Positions 48,072-57,795 of a stretch of DNA of 64,000 nucleotides are shown here, piece by piece. Origin of the DNA: Verrucomicrobiota bacterium. GTDB taxonomy: Bacteria > Verrucomicrobiota > Kiritimatiellia > CAIQIC01. Position numbers and translations under genes: made by a program. Below the pieces are notes generated by a model. The model ran no database searches, was not told the DNA's origin, and saw only the letters and a program-made list of their open reading frames with translations. Numbering within the stretch: position 1 is the stretch's first letter; every line of letters begins with the position of its first letter. The stretch spans positions 25,410-89,409 of the forward strand of contig SCQF01000006.1 of the NCBI GenBank assembly GCA_004321905.1, in the 5' to 3' direction.

Positions 48072-48126
48072 GTTGTTTTTCCTTTGTCGCCCTCAACGGT
48101 GCGCGGAACATACCACCGGTGGAGCG

Positions 48127-48180
48127 ATTTTTCCAAAGGTTGGAAAAAAGCAACGGGCCGGTTTCCAAGGGTTGGAAATC
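48127..48180. repeat. paired palindromic element, GATase start / rplQ end
   Basis: ATTTTTCCAAAGGTTGGAAAAAAG, 10-bp spacer, then GTTTCCAAGGGTTGGAAATC. Confidence 0.8.
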
Positions 48181-48210
48181 GGCCCGTCGGCACACGCTTA
48201 TGATCTGCGC

Positions 48211-48711
48211 TTACTTCGTCGCCGCTTTTTCGGTCTTCTTGCCGGCGGCTTTGGCTTTACCCTTGTCTTCGGGCTTGGCCTTGGGCGCTTGCGGAACGTA
48301 GCTGACCCACTCGATCAGCGCTTCTTCGGCGCCGTCGCCGCCACGCTTGGCCAGACGCATGATGCGCGTATAGCCGCCTTGGCGATCCTTGAACACCGGC
48401 GCGATTTCCGCGAACAGCTTGCGGAGCACGTCGTGTTCTTTGTGCCACTGCTCCAACGCCTCTTTATCGCTGGAACGCTCCACGCCGGGACCAACCACTT
48501 TGAGGCGGCTGGCCACCACGCGGCGCGCGGCGAGATCACCACGCTTGGCCAGCGTCACCAACTTCTCGGCAAAAGGCCGGACGGCCTTGGCTTTGGAGAT
48601 GGTCGTCTGAATACGGCCACGCTTGATGAGGTTGGTGGCAAGGCTGGCCAGCAGCGCGTCGCGGTGCTCGCTGGTCCGCCCAAGTTTAATAGTTTTTTTA
48701 CGATGACGCAT
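48211..48711 (-). CDS. rplQ: 50S ribosomal protein L17 (with Lys/Ala-rich C-terminal extension)
   Basis: MRHRKKTIKLGRTSEHRDALLASLATNLIKRGRIQTT... followed by a C-terminal PKAKPEDKGKAKAAGKK tail. Confidence 0.85.
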   Translation of the reverse strand: MRHRKKTIKLGRTSEHRDALLASLATNLIKRGRIQTTISKAKAVRPFAEKLVTLAKRGDLAARRVVASRLKVVGPGVERSSDKEALEQWHKEHDVLRKLFAEIAPVFKDRQGGYTRIMRLAKRGGDGAEEALIEWVSYVPQAPKAKPEDKGKAKAAGKKTEKAATK

Positions 48712-48740
48712 GATGCAAATCCTTCGTGAGAATCAGCCGA

Positions 48741-49832
48741 TTATTCGTCTTTGTCGGCCTTGGACTTTTTCTTGCCTTCGGTTTCGTCTTCGACTTCGAT
48801 TTCGTCCTCGACCACCGGCACCATGGCGCTCGGCGGCGGCGGACGCAGGAGTTCGGCGTCGAAGCTCATACCCAGCGAGAGACCCAACTCGGCGAGTTTG
48901 TCCTTGATCTCGTTGAGCGACTTCTTGCCGAAGTTGCGGTACTTGAGCATCTCGGCTTCGCTCTTCATCGCCAGCTCGCCTACCGTGGTGATGTTGGCGT
49001 TGTTCAGGCAGTTGGCCGCGCGGACGCTCAATTCAATTTCGTTGACGCTGACCGCCAGCTTCTTGCGCAATTCCTCGCGCTGCGGATCCATCGGCTTTTC
49101 GCCTTCCTCGAATTCGACGATTTCCTGCTCGGGCTTGATGAAGACATCCAAGTGCCGGCGCAAGATCGCGGCGGAAAGACCAATCGCTTCGTCCGGCGAG
49201 ATGCGACCATCGCTCCAGATTTCGATAACGAGTTTGTCGTAGTCCGTACGGCGACCCACACGGGTTTGCTCGACGTTGAACTTGACGCGACCGACCGGCG
49301 AGAACAGTGAATCCATCGGGATCAGGCCGATTTCCTGGCCTTCGCGACGGTTCCAATCGGCCGGGCAATAGCCGCGGCCAATACGCACTTCAAGCTCGGC
49401 CTCGAACTTGCCATCTTTGTCGAGTGTGCAGATATGGTGATCGGGATTGACGACTTCGACGAGGTTATCGCCGGTGATATCGCCAGCCGTGACTTCGCCC
49501 GCGCCCTTCTTGCTGATGCGTACCTTGCGTGATTCGCGGCTGTACATTTTGAGCAAAACGCCCTTGAGGTTGAGGATGATGTCGGTGACATCTTCCACCA
49601 CACCCGGCAAGTGGCAGAATTCATGCGGCGCACCCTCAATTTTGATGGTGGCGATGGCCGCGCCTTCCAGCGAGGAGAGCAGCACACGGCGGAGTGAGTT
49701 GCCGATCGTGCGGCCATAACCGGCCTCGAACGGCTCCACGATGTATTTCCCGTAGTTGGCGGTGGCGGAAGCCTCGTCCTTGACGAGCTTCCGCGGCATT
49801 TCGAAACGACCTAGACGTACTGGCATGTTCAT
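48741..49832 (-). CDS. rpoA: DNA-directed RNA polymerase subunit alpha
   Basis: 363 aa with an N-terminal dimerisation domain and a C-terminal alpha-CTD (ELSVRAANCLNNANITTVGEL). Confidence 0.9.
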   Translation of the reverse strand: MNMPVRLGRFEMPRKLVKDEASATANYGKYIVEPFEAGYGRTIGNSLRRVLLSSLEGAAIATIKIEGAPHEFCHLPGVVEDVTDIILNLKGVLLKMYSRESRKVRISKKGAGEVTAGDITGDNLVEVVNPDHHICTLDKDGKFEAELEVRIGRGYCPADWNRREGQEIGLIPMDSLFSPVGRVKFNVEQTRVGRRTDYDKLVIEIWSDGRISPDEAIGLSAAILRRHLDVFIKPEQEIVEFEEGEKPMDPQREELRKKLAVSVNEIELSVRAANCLNNANITTVGELAMKSEAEMLKYRNFGKKSLNEIKDKLAELGLSLGMSFDAELLRPPPPSAMVPVVEDEIEVEDETEGKKKSKADKDE

Positions 49833-49884
49833 TCCTCCCAGGGCCGGAAGTTACCCGGCCCCTATGGTGTTGTTTACCGGCGGC

Positions 49885-50511
49885 TTACTTCGAGTACAAC
49901 TCGACGATGAGCTGCTCACTGATTTCCGGAGCGATCTCATCACGCGAAGGCACGTGCAACACGGCACCTTCAAAATTAGATTTGTCCAGCGCGACCCACT
50001 TGACGAGGCCGCGGCTTTCGGCAATGTCCATGAACTTGGCCGCATATTCGCGCGCCTGTTTCTGGTCGCGCACCTGCACCTTGTCGCCGGACTTGAGCGT
50101 CATCGAGGCAATCGTGGCTTTGTGGCCGTTGACGGCGATGTGGCCGTGGTTGACCATCTGGCGCGCGGCACGGCGGCTCGGCGCGAAGCCGAGGCGATAC
50201 ACCAAATTGTCCAGCCGCAGTTCCAAACTCTGGAGCAACTTTTCGCCGGTAACACCACGGGCACGCTGCGCGCGTTCGAAGAACACGCGGAATTGCGCCT
50301 CCTGCATCCCGTAGGTTTTGCGCAGCCGCTGCTTCTCGCGCAACTGCGTACCATAATCGGAAAGTTTGCTGCGCCGCGCGCCGTGCTGACCGGGCGCCGG
50401 ACGACCGGTCTCGATCGGGCACTTGGCCATATAGCAGCGATCGCCCTTGAGGAAGAGCTTCATCGCAACGCGGCGGCAAATCTTACAAGCTGGACCTGTA
50501 TAACGACCCAT
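49885..50511 (-). CDS. rpsD: 30S ribosomal protein S4
   Basis: MGRYTGPACKICRR... with an S4 domain. Confidence 0.9.
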   Translation of the reverse strand: MGRYTGPACKICRRVAMKLFLKGDRCYMAKCPIETGRPAPGQHGARRSKLSDYGTQLREKQRLRKTYGMQEAQFRVFFERAQRARGVTGEKLLQSLELRLDNLVYRLGFAPSRRAARQMVNHGHIAVNGHKATIASMTLKSGDKVQVRDQKQAREYAAKFMDIAESRGLVKWVALDKSNFEGAVLHVPSRDEIAPEISEQLIVELYSK

Positions 50512-50534
50512 ACATTTCTCCTGATAAAAATAGC

Positions 50535-51089
50535 TTAAACGCGACGCGCCTTCGCCGGACGGCAACCATTATGTGGAATCGGCGTAATATCCTTGATACA
50601 GGTGACGGCAATACCCGCCGATTGAATCGCGCGGATCGCGGACTCCCGGCCCGCACCCGGCCCTTGCACATGCACTTCGGCCTCGCGCAAGCCATGGCCA
50701 ACGGCCATCTTCGCGGCTTCCTGCGCGACCACGGTGGCGGCATAGGCCGTGCTCTTGCGCGAGCCTTTGAACTGGCAGCGACCCGCGCTGCTCCACGCGA
50801 CCACGGCACCCTTCATGTCGGTGATCGTGACGATGGTATTATTGAAACTGGCACGAATGAACACGATGCCCACCGGCACCACACGACCGCCCTTGACCTT
50901 CTTCACCTTGGCGGCCTTGGCCGCATCACCCTCGGCCGGTGCGGCGGCGCCTTCGGCGACCGGCGCCGGCGCAGCCGCTTCTGCTACGGGCGCCGCCGTC
51001 TTGGCCGTTTTCTCCGCCTTGGGAGCCTTTTCGGCTTTAGCGGGTTTTGCCGTTTCTTTCTTTTCCTTCTGCTCTTTTTCTTCAGCCAT
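50535..51089 (-). CDS. rpsK: 30S ribosomal protein S11 with ~55-aa low-complexity N-terminal extension
   Basis: S11 core ([18 protein letters not shown]...) preceded by [27 protein letters not shown]... Confidence 0.85.
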   Translation of the reverse strand: MAEEKEQKEKKETAKPAKAEKAPKAEKTAKTAAPVAEAAAPAPVAEGAAAPAEGDAAKAAKVKKVKGGRVVPVGIVFIRASFNNTIVTITDMKGAVVAWSSAGRCQFKGSRKSTAYAATVVAQEAAKMAVGHGLREAEVHVQGPGAGRESAIRAIQSAGIAVTCIKDITPIPHNGCRPAKARRV

Positions 51090-51122
51090 ACTTGAACCTC
51101 AATCTTAAATTTTCCTGACGCT

Positions 51123-51177
51123 CTTTTTCCAAACCTTGGAAACGGTTACGCGGTTGTTTTCCAAGCCTTGGAAAAGC
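51123..51177. repeat. paired palindromic element between rpsM and rpsK (intra-operon)
   Basis: CTTTTTCCAAACCTTGGAAACGG, 10-bp spacer, then GTTTTCCAAGCCTTGGAAAAGC. Confidence 0.8.
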
Positions 51178-51188
51178 GCCGCCCGCCC

Positions 51189-51584
51189 TTACGCTTTCTT
51201 GGCTTCGGCGCGATTCTCCTTGCCGCGGACCGTACCGACGGTCTTGCGCGGGCCCTTGCGGGTACGCGCGTTGGTGCTCGTCCGCTGGCCACGCACCGGC
51301 AGACCTTTACGGTGCCGGCTCCCACGGTAGCAACTGATGGAAATCAAACGGCGAATGTTGCCCTGCACTTCGCGGCGCAAATCGCCTTCCAACGTGTAGG
51401 CCTGCAACAACGTCGCAATGCGCGTGACTTCGTCGTCGGTCAAATCGTCGGCCTTTTTGAGCGGATCAATATGGGCCTGCTCCACGATAGCGGCGGCGCG
51501 CGCCGGACCGACACCGTGGATATAGCGCAACGAATATTCGACGCGCTTTTTGCCGGGTATATCAACACCCATCACTCGAGGCAT
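51189..51584 (-). CDS. rpsM: 30S ribosomal protein S13
   Basis: MPRVMGVDIPGKKRVEYSLRYIHGVGP... Confidence 0.9.
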   Translation of the reverse strand: MPRVMGVDIPGKKRVEYSLRYIHGVGPARAAAIVEQAHIDPLKKADDLTDDEVTRIATLLQAYTLEGDLRREVQGNIRRLISISCYRGSRHRKGLPVRGQRTSTNARTRKGPRKTVGTVRGKENRAEAKKA

Positions 51585-51597
51585 GTGCTTTTCTCCC

Positions 51598-51710
51598 TAT
51601 CCCTGTTTCTGCTTGTGACGCGGGTTGGTGCAAATCACCCGCACAGTTCCCTTGCGGCGAATGATTTTGCACTGCTCGCAAATCCGTTTAACACTGCTGC
51701 GTACTTTCAT
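51598..51710 (-). CDS. rpmJ: 50S ribosomal protein L36
   Basis: Manual translation gives [37 protein letters not shown], the Zn-ribbon of L36. Below the ORF-track size cutoff. Confidence 0.7.
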
Positions 51711-51937
51711 GTTTTCGCCTTCTCTTCAAAAAGTATCCGCCCGCGACTCATGTCGTAGGGCGACATTTCCACTCGTACTCGCGCGCCGGGGACCAAACCC
51801 GCGGCCCGCGGCTCATCATCACGCCCGGCAAAGGCCGTAAACGCGTGCCCATTGGCCAACTCGGCACGAAAGGCCGTGTTGTTTAGCACAGCCGTCAGCC
51901 GGGCGTCCAGCGCAAAGTTCTCCGTCACTCCACGCAT
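51707..51937 (-). CDS. infA: translation initiation factor IF-1
   Basis: ...[20 protein letters not shown]...[17 protein letters not shown] is the S1-like fold. Confidence 0.8.
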   Translation of the reverse strand: MRGVTENFALDARLTAVLNNTAFRAELANGHAFTAFAGRDDEPRAAGLVPGARVRVEMSPYDMSRGRILFEEKAKT

Positions 51938-52674
51938 GTCAGCACCACCGCGGCACCATCACGCACCGCAATCGAATGCTCAAAATGCACCGAGGGTTTC
52001 CGATCCCGCGTCACCACCGTCCAGCCATCGCCCAGCACTTCCACCTCCGAACCACCTTGGTTAAGCATCGGCTCAATCGCCAAGGTCATCCCCGGTCGCA
52101 ATTTGGGGCCGTGCCCCGGCGGACCAAAATTCGGGATCTGCGGATCCTCGTGCAACCGCCGCCCCACCCCGTGGCCCACAAAATCGCGCACCACGGCGAA
52201 ACCTGCCGTCACCGCCGTTTGCTCAATGGCGTGCGAGACATCCGAAAGCCGCTGACCGGCGCGCGCTTTTTCAATCGCGGCGATCAAAGCTTGCTGTCCC
52301 GTCGCCACCAAACGCATCACATCGGGATCAGCCACACCGACCATCACCGTCGTGGCGGTATCACCGACAAACCCGTGATATTCAACGCCGACATCTATGC
52401 TCACGATATCGCCGAGTTGAATTACGCGCGGCCCCGGTATGCCATGCACGACTTCTTCGTTGACCGAAACGCAGATGTGCCCCGGATAGCCACGGTAGCC
52501 CAAAAACGCGCTCTTGGCACCCGAGGCGCGGATGAGCCGCTCGGCCAACTCATCCAACTCGTGCGTGGTCACACCGGGCCGCACACTCCGCGCCACACTG
52601 GCCAGCACATCGGCGGCCAGCCGCCCACTGGCGCGCATGGCATCAAGTTCTTCAGCCGTTTTGACAATGATCAT
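51925..52674 (-). CDS. map: type I methionyl aminopeptidase
   Basis: Start MIIVKTAEEL. Metal-binding residues in ...HGIP...DVG..., HEH and EPM context. Confidence 0.85.
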   Translation of the reverse strand: MIIVKTAEELDAMRASGRLAADVLASVARSVRPGVTTHELDELAERLIRASGAKSAFLGYRGYPGHICVSVNEEVVHGIPGPRVIQLGDIVSIDVGVEYHGFVGDTATTVMVGVADPDVMRLVATGQQALIAAIEKARAGQRLSDVSHAIEQTAVTAGFAVVRDFVGHGVGRRLHEDPQIPNFGPPGHGPKLRPGMTLAIEPMLNQGGSEVEVLGDGWTVVTRDRKPSVHFEHSIAVRDGAAVVLTCVE

Positions 52675-52684
52675 GGAAACGAGA

Positions 52685-53335
52685 TCACGCTGGTAGCGCG
52701 GCCAGAATCTCCGCCAACGCCTTGTCGCGATGCTGGCCGGCATTAATCTTGGCCAATACGCCGAGTTCAGCGTAGTGCTTGATCAGGCCCGCGGTCTGCT
52801 TTTGAAAGACCTCAAGCCGGTTCAACACGGTCTGTTCGTTATCGTCCGGACGCTGATAGAGTACGCCGCCGCATTGATCGCATATGCCTTCCTTTTTTGA
52901 AGGAATATTACGCACGTGATATACGGCGCCGCACTGCTGGCACACCCGGCGACCCGCGATGCGATCCACGACCACCTCGCGCGCCACGTCGAACAGAAAA
53001 ACTTTCGCGATCTTACCGTTCCGCTTGGAGAAGATTTCTGCGAGCCCCTTGGCCTGCTCCATCGTGCGCGGAAAACCATCGAACATATAACGCGCGGTTT
53101 GCGGACCAGCGTCGAGACGCACAGCGATCATCTGGAGAATAAGCGCATCCGGGACCAAGGCCCCCGACGCCATGAAACGCTTGGCTTCGAGACCTAATTG
53201 GCTGCCGGCCTTCACTTCAGCGCGCAACATATCGCCCGTCGAAACATGGACAAAATCCGTCTTGGCTTTGAGCCCCTCGGCCAAAGTGCCTTTGCCGGCG
53301 CCGGGCGCACCCAAAAGAATGATCGCTTGAATCAT
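52685..53335 (-). CDS. adk: adenylate kinase
   Basis: P-loop GAPGAGKGT and a zinc-lid CQQCGAVYH...CDQCGG. Confidence 0.9.
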   Translation of the reverse strand: MIQAIILLGAPGAGKGTLAEGLKAKTDFVHVSTGDMLRAEVKAGSQLGLEAKRFMASGALVPDALILQMIAVRLDAGPQTARYMFDGFPRTMEQAKGLAEIFSKRNGKIAKVFLFDVAREVVVDRIAGRRVCQQCGAVYHVRNIPSKKEGICDQCGGVLYQRPDDNEQTVLNRLEVFQKQTAGLIKHYAELGVLAKINAGQHRDKALAEILAALPA

Positions 53336-53337
53336 GA

Positions 53338-54690
53338 TTATCTCCGCGAACGCAGTTTGCCTTTGGTCAGGAACCCATCATAGTGCCGCATGATGAGTTG
53401 GCTTTCCACCTGCCGCATCGTGTCGAGCATAACGCCGACGATGATCAGCAAGCTGGTGCCGCCGAAGAATGACGACACGACCCACGGAATCCTGAAGTAC
53501 TGCCCCATGAACTGGGGGATGACCGCAATGATTGTCAGAAAAATGGCACCCGCCAGCGTGATGCGCGTCATGCCGCGATCCAGAAATTCCGCCGTGGGTG
53601 TGCCGGGCCGAATACCGGGGACATAGCCGCCATATTTCTTGAGATCATCGGCGATCTGCACCGGATTGAACTGCGTGGCCACCCAGAAATAGGAGAAGAA
53701 GAGAATCATCAGGGCATAGAGCGTGGTGTAGAGCGGCGTACCGATGTACAACGCATGCGCCAAGCTCTGGAAGAAGTCCATCTTGATCATACTGAAAATT
53801 TTCGACGGAAACATCAGAATGGCCTGTGCGAAAATGATCGGCATGACACCGGAATAATTCACCCGCAACGGCATGTAGGTGCTTTGACCGCCATAGACTT
53901 TGCGCCCAATGACGCGCTTGGCGTACTGCACCGGAATGCGCCGCTGCGCTTGCGTCAGGGCCACCACCGCCGCGATCACCGCAAACAACATGGCAAACAG
54001 GAAGACCGCGTGAATGATCGAGAACTGCGCCACGCCACCTTCCGGCGCGCGAAACATATTCGCGGCCTGACGGAAAGCGGTTGGCAGGCGACTCACGATA
54101 CTGATCGTGATGATTAATGAAATACCATTACCAATACCGCGGTCGGTGATTTGTTCGCCGAGCCACATCAGCAACATGGTACCGGTGGTCATGGTGAGGA
54201 TGGTCATCAACCGGAACGACCAACCGGGGTTATGCACGATGTCCGCATGAATGCCGAGCAATCCTTCCGGATGCTCCAACATCGCTGCCCATGCATAGCC
54301 CTGAACGACGCACAGGGCCACGGTGAGATAACGACCGTATTGGATGATCTGTTGCCGGCCCGCATCGCCTTCGCGCGCCAGCCGTTCCAAACTTGGCACC
54401 ACCGCGGTGAGCAACTGCAAAATAATCGAAGCACTGATCGAAGGCATGATGCCCAGCGCGCCAATCGCGCACTGCTCGATCGCGCCACCGGTGAACAAGT
54501 CAAACAGCCCCAAGAAACTGCCACCCGCAGAAGCCTGTACCTGCGTCAGCAACGTGCGCACGGCCACGGCATCCACGCCCGGCGTCGGAATCGCCGCAAT
54601 AATGCGGCAGATGACGATCAGGCCGAGCGTGAATAGAATCCGCTGACGTAGTTCGGGGACTTTGAAGCTGTTAGTAAACGCAGAAAACAT
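53338..54690 (-). CDS. secY: preprotein translocase subunit SecY
   Basis: 450 aa with 10 TM helices and the SecY plug/ring patterns. Confidence 0.9.
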   Translation of the reverse strand: MFSAFTNSFKVPELRQRILFTLGLIVICRIIAAIPTPGVDAVAVRTLLTQVQASAGGSFLGLFDLFTGGAIEQCAIGALGIMPSISASIILQLLTAVVPSLERLAREGDAGRQQIIQYGRYLTVALCVVQGYAWAAMLEHPEGLLGIHADIVHNPGWSFRLMTILTMTTGTMLLMWLGEQITDRGIGNGISLIITISIVSRLPTAFRQAANMFRAPEGGVAQFSIIHAVFLFAMLFAVIAAVVALTQAQRRIPVQYAKRVIGRKVYGGQSTYMPLRVNYSGVMPIIFAQAILMFPSKIFSMIKMDFFQSLAHALYIGTPLYTTLYALMILFFSYFWVATQFNPVQIADDLKKYGGYVPGIRPGTPTAEFLDRGMTRITLAGAIFLTIIAVIPQFMGQYFRIPWVVSSFFGGTSLLIIVGVMLDTMRQVESQLIMRHYDGFLTKGKLRSRR

Positions 54691-54705
54691 GGCATCCGTT
54701 CACAA

Positions 54706-55158
54706 TCAGGGTTTGACCACTTCGCACGCGCCGCCCGCGGCTTCAATTTTCGCCTTGGCACCAGCGCTAAAAGCATTGGCTTTCACAGTCAACTTTACGG
54801 TCAGGTCACCATCGCCCAGAATTTTGACACCAAAGCCGTTGCCTTTGGCCAAGCCGACGGCACGGAGCATCACCGGCGTAACTTCCGTACCGGCTTCGAA
54901 CTGCGCCAGATCACCGACGTTGACCGGAATGAATTGTTTGTGCGCCGGATTGGTGAAGCCCATCTTGGGAATACGACGGACCAACCGCATCTGACCGCCT
55001 TCAAAGGTCGGTTTATGCTTGTGGCCGCTACGGGACATCTGACCTTTGTTACCCTTACCGGCGGTGCGACCTTTGCCGGACGATTCGCCACGACCCACGC
55101 GCATCCGGGGCTTACGGGCGCCGGGCGTACTCTTCAACGAATGCAAATTCATGCTCAT
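54706..55158 (-). CDS. rplO: 50S ribosomal protein L15
   Basis: Start MSMNLHSLKSTPGARKPRMRVGRGESSGKG. The longer track ORF is upstream over-extension. Confidence 0.8.
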   Translation of the reverse strand: MSMNLHSLKSTPGARKPRMRVGRGESSGKGRTAGKGNKGQMSRSGHKHKPTFEGGQMRLVRRIPKMGFTNPAHKQFIPVNVGDLAQFEAGTEVTPVMLRAVGLAKGNGFGVKILGDGDLTVKLTVKANAFSAGAKAKIEAAGGACEVVKP

Positions 55159-55171
55159 CTCAATTACCTTC

Positions 55172-55681
55172 CTACGCTTCCACCGCGCGTGCGGCCTTGA
55201 TTTCTTCGCGTGAGCGCAACTGACCGAGGGCTTCCATCGTAGCCTTGACCACATTCCCGGCGTTACGCGCGCCGAGCGATTTGGCGAGCACATCCCGGAT
55301 GCCGGAAAGTTCCAGCACCGCGCGCGCACCACCACCAGCGATGACACCCGTACCGGGCGACGCCGGCTTGAGCAGCACCTTGGCCGCCTCAAATTTTCCG
55401 ATCACTTCATGCGGGATGGTTTGATCCTTCATGCACACGCTGACCATGTTGCGCTTGGCCTGCTCCGTGCCTTTGCGAATGGCATCGGCCACTTCGTTGG
55501 CCTTGCCCAAGGCATAACCGACCTGGCCCTTGTGATTGCCGACCACCACCAGTGCGCTAAAGCTGAAGCGGCGTCCGCCTTTGACCACCTTGGCGCAGCG
55601 GTTGATCGCCACTACGCGTTCAGCGATGTCCGACTTTTCCCTGTCGTCTTGCGAGAAATCCCGTTTTTTCATGGCAGCCAT
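55172..55681 (-). CDS. rpsE: 30S ribosomal protein S5
   Basis: ...[18 protein letters not shown].. S5 dsRBD fold. No L30 gene lies between rpsE and rplO. Confidence 0.9.
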   Translation of the reverse strand: MAAMKKRDFSQDDREKSDIAERVVAINRCAKVVKGGRRFSFSALVVVGNHKGQVGYALGKANEVADAIRKGTEQAKRNMVSVCMKDQTIPHEVIGKFEAAKVLLKPASPGTGVIAGGGARAVLELSGIRDVLAKSLGARNAGNVVKATMEALGQLRSREEIKAARAVEA

Positions 55682-55695
55682 GTGTCTAGTCCTGG

Positions 55696-56046
55696 TTAGA
55701 ATTTAAGCCCGGCTTCACGCGCGGCATCAGCCAGCGCCTTGAGCCGCGCCTTATAGGCGAACCCGCCGCGATCGAAAACCACCTGTTCGATACCTTTGGC
55801 CTTGGCCGCCACGGCCGCCGCCTGTCCCAATTGTTTGGCCATGGCCAGGGTCAACTTCACATCGCCCAAGGCCGCGGAGGAGGTGGCGACCAAGGTCTTG
55901 CCCGCCACGTCGTCCACGAATTGCACGTAGATATGGCGGTTGGAGACATAAACCGACATCCGCGGTTTGGCCGCCGTGCCCGCCACCTTGCCGCGCACAC
56001 GAAAGTGCCGGCGTTGCCGAAATTCTTGTTTTGTTTTGACTTTCAT
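55696..56046 (-). CDS. rplR: 50S ribosomal protein L18
   Basis: 116 aa; ...[20 protein letters not shown]... Confidence 0.85.
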   Translation of the reverse strand: MKVKTKQEFRQRRHFRVRGKVAGTAAKPRMSVYVSNRHIYVQFVDDVAGKTLVATSSAALGDVKLTLAMAKQLGQAAAVAAKAKGIEQVVFDRGGFAYKARLKALADAAREAGLKF

Positions 56047-56048
56047 GA

Positions 56049-56585
56049 TTACGCCACCGTCTTGCCCGCTTTGCGGCGGACGTGTTCACCTTTGTAACGG
56101 ACGCCCTTGCCTTTATAGGGTTCCGCCGGATAGAACGAGCGCAGGTGCGCGGCCACTTCGCCCACTTGCTGCTTGTTCACACCACTCACATTGATCTGGG
56201 TATTCTCCGCCACCTTGACCGTGATTCCTTCCGGAACCTCGAACTCGATCGGGTGCGAGAAGCCCAGCGACATCGTCAGCTTCTTGCCCTGCAACGCCGC
56301 GCGAAAACCGACGCCTTGAATTTCCAAATCTTTCGCATAGCCCTGCGTCACCCCCACGACCATGCCCGCCAACAGACTGCGTATCGTGCCGTGCATGGAC
56401 TTGGCGACCTTGCCATCATCGGCGCGCGCCACGAGCAACTGCCCCTGCTCGGCCGTCACCGTGATCGGGGGCTTGACCGCCAACGCGACCTCCCCTTTCG
56501 GTCCTTTGATGCTCACCTTGGCCCCCTGCACATTGGCGGTGACGCCTGCAGGCAGCAAAACCGGTTTTTTACCTAATCGCGACAT
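56049..56585 (-). CDS. rplF: 50S ribosomal protein L6
   Basis: MSRLGKKPV.LP.GV... Confidence 0.9.
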   Translation of the reverse strand: MSRLGKKPVLLPAGVTANVQGAKVSIKGPKGEVALAVKPPITVTAEQGQLLVARADDGKVAKSMHGTIRSLLAGMVVGVTQGYAKDLEIQGVGFRAALQGKKLTMSLGFSHPIEFEVPEGITVKVAENTQINVSGVNKQQVGEVAAHLRSFYPAEPYKGKGVRYKGEHVRRKAGKTVA

Positions 56586-56601
56586 AGCTCAACCTTTTCG
56601 T

Positions 56602-57000
56602 TTACCAGACATAGCACAACACTTCGCCGCCGACGTTCTGCTTGCGCGCCTCACGGCCCGTCATCAGACCTTTGGAGGTGCTCAGGATCGCCGTGCCCAT
56701 CCCGCCCAGCACGCGCGGAACTTCCGCCGCGCCCGTATAACGCCGCAGCCCCGACTTCGAGACGCGTTTCAAACCTTGGATGACCGGCTTATCATTCACG
56801 CCGTAACGCAGTACAACTTGAATCGTCTTTTTGACGCCCGTGCCTTCAACCACATAATTTTTGATGTAGCCTTCCTGCTTCAGGAGGCGGGCCAGTTCGC
56901 TTTTCAGCACCGAATGCGGCACCGCGACCTGTTCCAGCCCGGCGGTGGCGCCGTTGCGCACCCGCGTCAACATATCGGCAATTGGATCACACAAACTCAT
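56602..57000 (-). CDS. rpsH: 30S ribosomal protein S8
   Basis: MSLCDPIADMLTRVRNG... Confidence 0.9.
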   Translation of the reverse strand: MSLCDPIADMLTRVRNGATAGLEQVAVPHSVLKSELARLLKQEGYIKNYVVEGTGVKKTIQVVLRYGVNDKPVIQGLKRVSKSGLRRYTGAAEVPRVLGGMGTAILSTSKGLMTGREARKQNVGGEVLCYVW

Positions 57001-57021
57001 GCTTTCTTCCTCTCCGCTGGC

Positions 57022-57207
57022 TTACCAGCTCGCCTTGGTCACGCCCGGCAGTTTCCCTTCCAGCGCCAGTTCGCGGAAGCAAATACGGCACAGTTGGAAC
57101 TTGCGCATATGCGCGTGACGCCGCCCGCAACGCTTACAACGGTTGTACCGCCGCGCGCTGAATTTCGGCTTCCGTTCCGCCTTCACCATCCATGAAATCT
57201 TGGCCAA
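57022..57207 (-). CDS. rpsN: 30S ribosomal protein S14 type Z (zinc-binding, 61 aa)
   Basis: [47 protein letters not shown] contains the CxxC...CxxC motif. Confidence 0.8.
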   Translation of the reverse strand: MAKISWMVKAERKPKFSARRYNRCKRCGRRHAHMRKFQLCRICFRELALEGKLPGVTKASW

Positions 57208-57230
57208 AGTCGTCTCCTTCCTTTACCCTA

Positions 57231-57773
57231 TCACGCCGCCGCAAACGGCATTCCGAGCAGCTTAAGCAGCTCCTTCATTTCCGCATCCGTCTTCGCCGTC
57301 GAGACGAACGTGACATCCATGCCCTGCGTCTTCTTCACCTGATCGGGCCGGATTTCCGGGAACAACGTCTGTTCCTTCAAGCCTAACGAATAATTTCCGC
57401 GCCCGTCGAAGCCGCGTAACGGAATGCCACGAAAGTCGCGAATACGCGGCAGCGCCGCGGCAATGAGCCGCTCCAAAAAGTCATACATCCGGGGACCGCG
57501 CAACGTCACCCGCGCGCCGATCGGCATGTTCTCGCGCAGCTTGAAGTTCGAGATGCTCTTGCGCGCCTTGCGGATTTGCGCCCGCTGACCGGAAATCTTC
57601 GTCAGATCCTCAGCTACGTTTTTGATCACGTCGCGCTCGGCATCCGCATGCACCGCCATGTTGATCACAATCTTGGTCAACTTCGGCACCTGCATGACGT
57701 TTTTATAGTGCCCCGAGGCGACCAGCGCCTTGACCACATCCGTTTTATACTTCTCTTTCAATTGCCCTGCCAT
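57231..57773 (-). CDS. rplE: 50S ribosomal protein L5
   Basis: MAGQLKEKYKTDVVKAL... Confidence 0.9.
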   Translation of the reverse strand: MAGQLKEKYKTDVVKALVASGHYKNVMQVPKLTKIVINMAVHADAERDVIKNVAEDLTKISGQRAQIRKARKSISNFKLRENMPIGARVTLRGPRMYDFLERLIAAALPRIRDFRGIPLRGFDGRGNYSLGLKEQTLFPEIRPDQVKKTQGMDVTFVSTAKTDAEMKELLKLLGMPFAAA

Positions 57774-57795
57774 GGAATCATCTCTCCTGCGCGCC

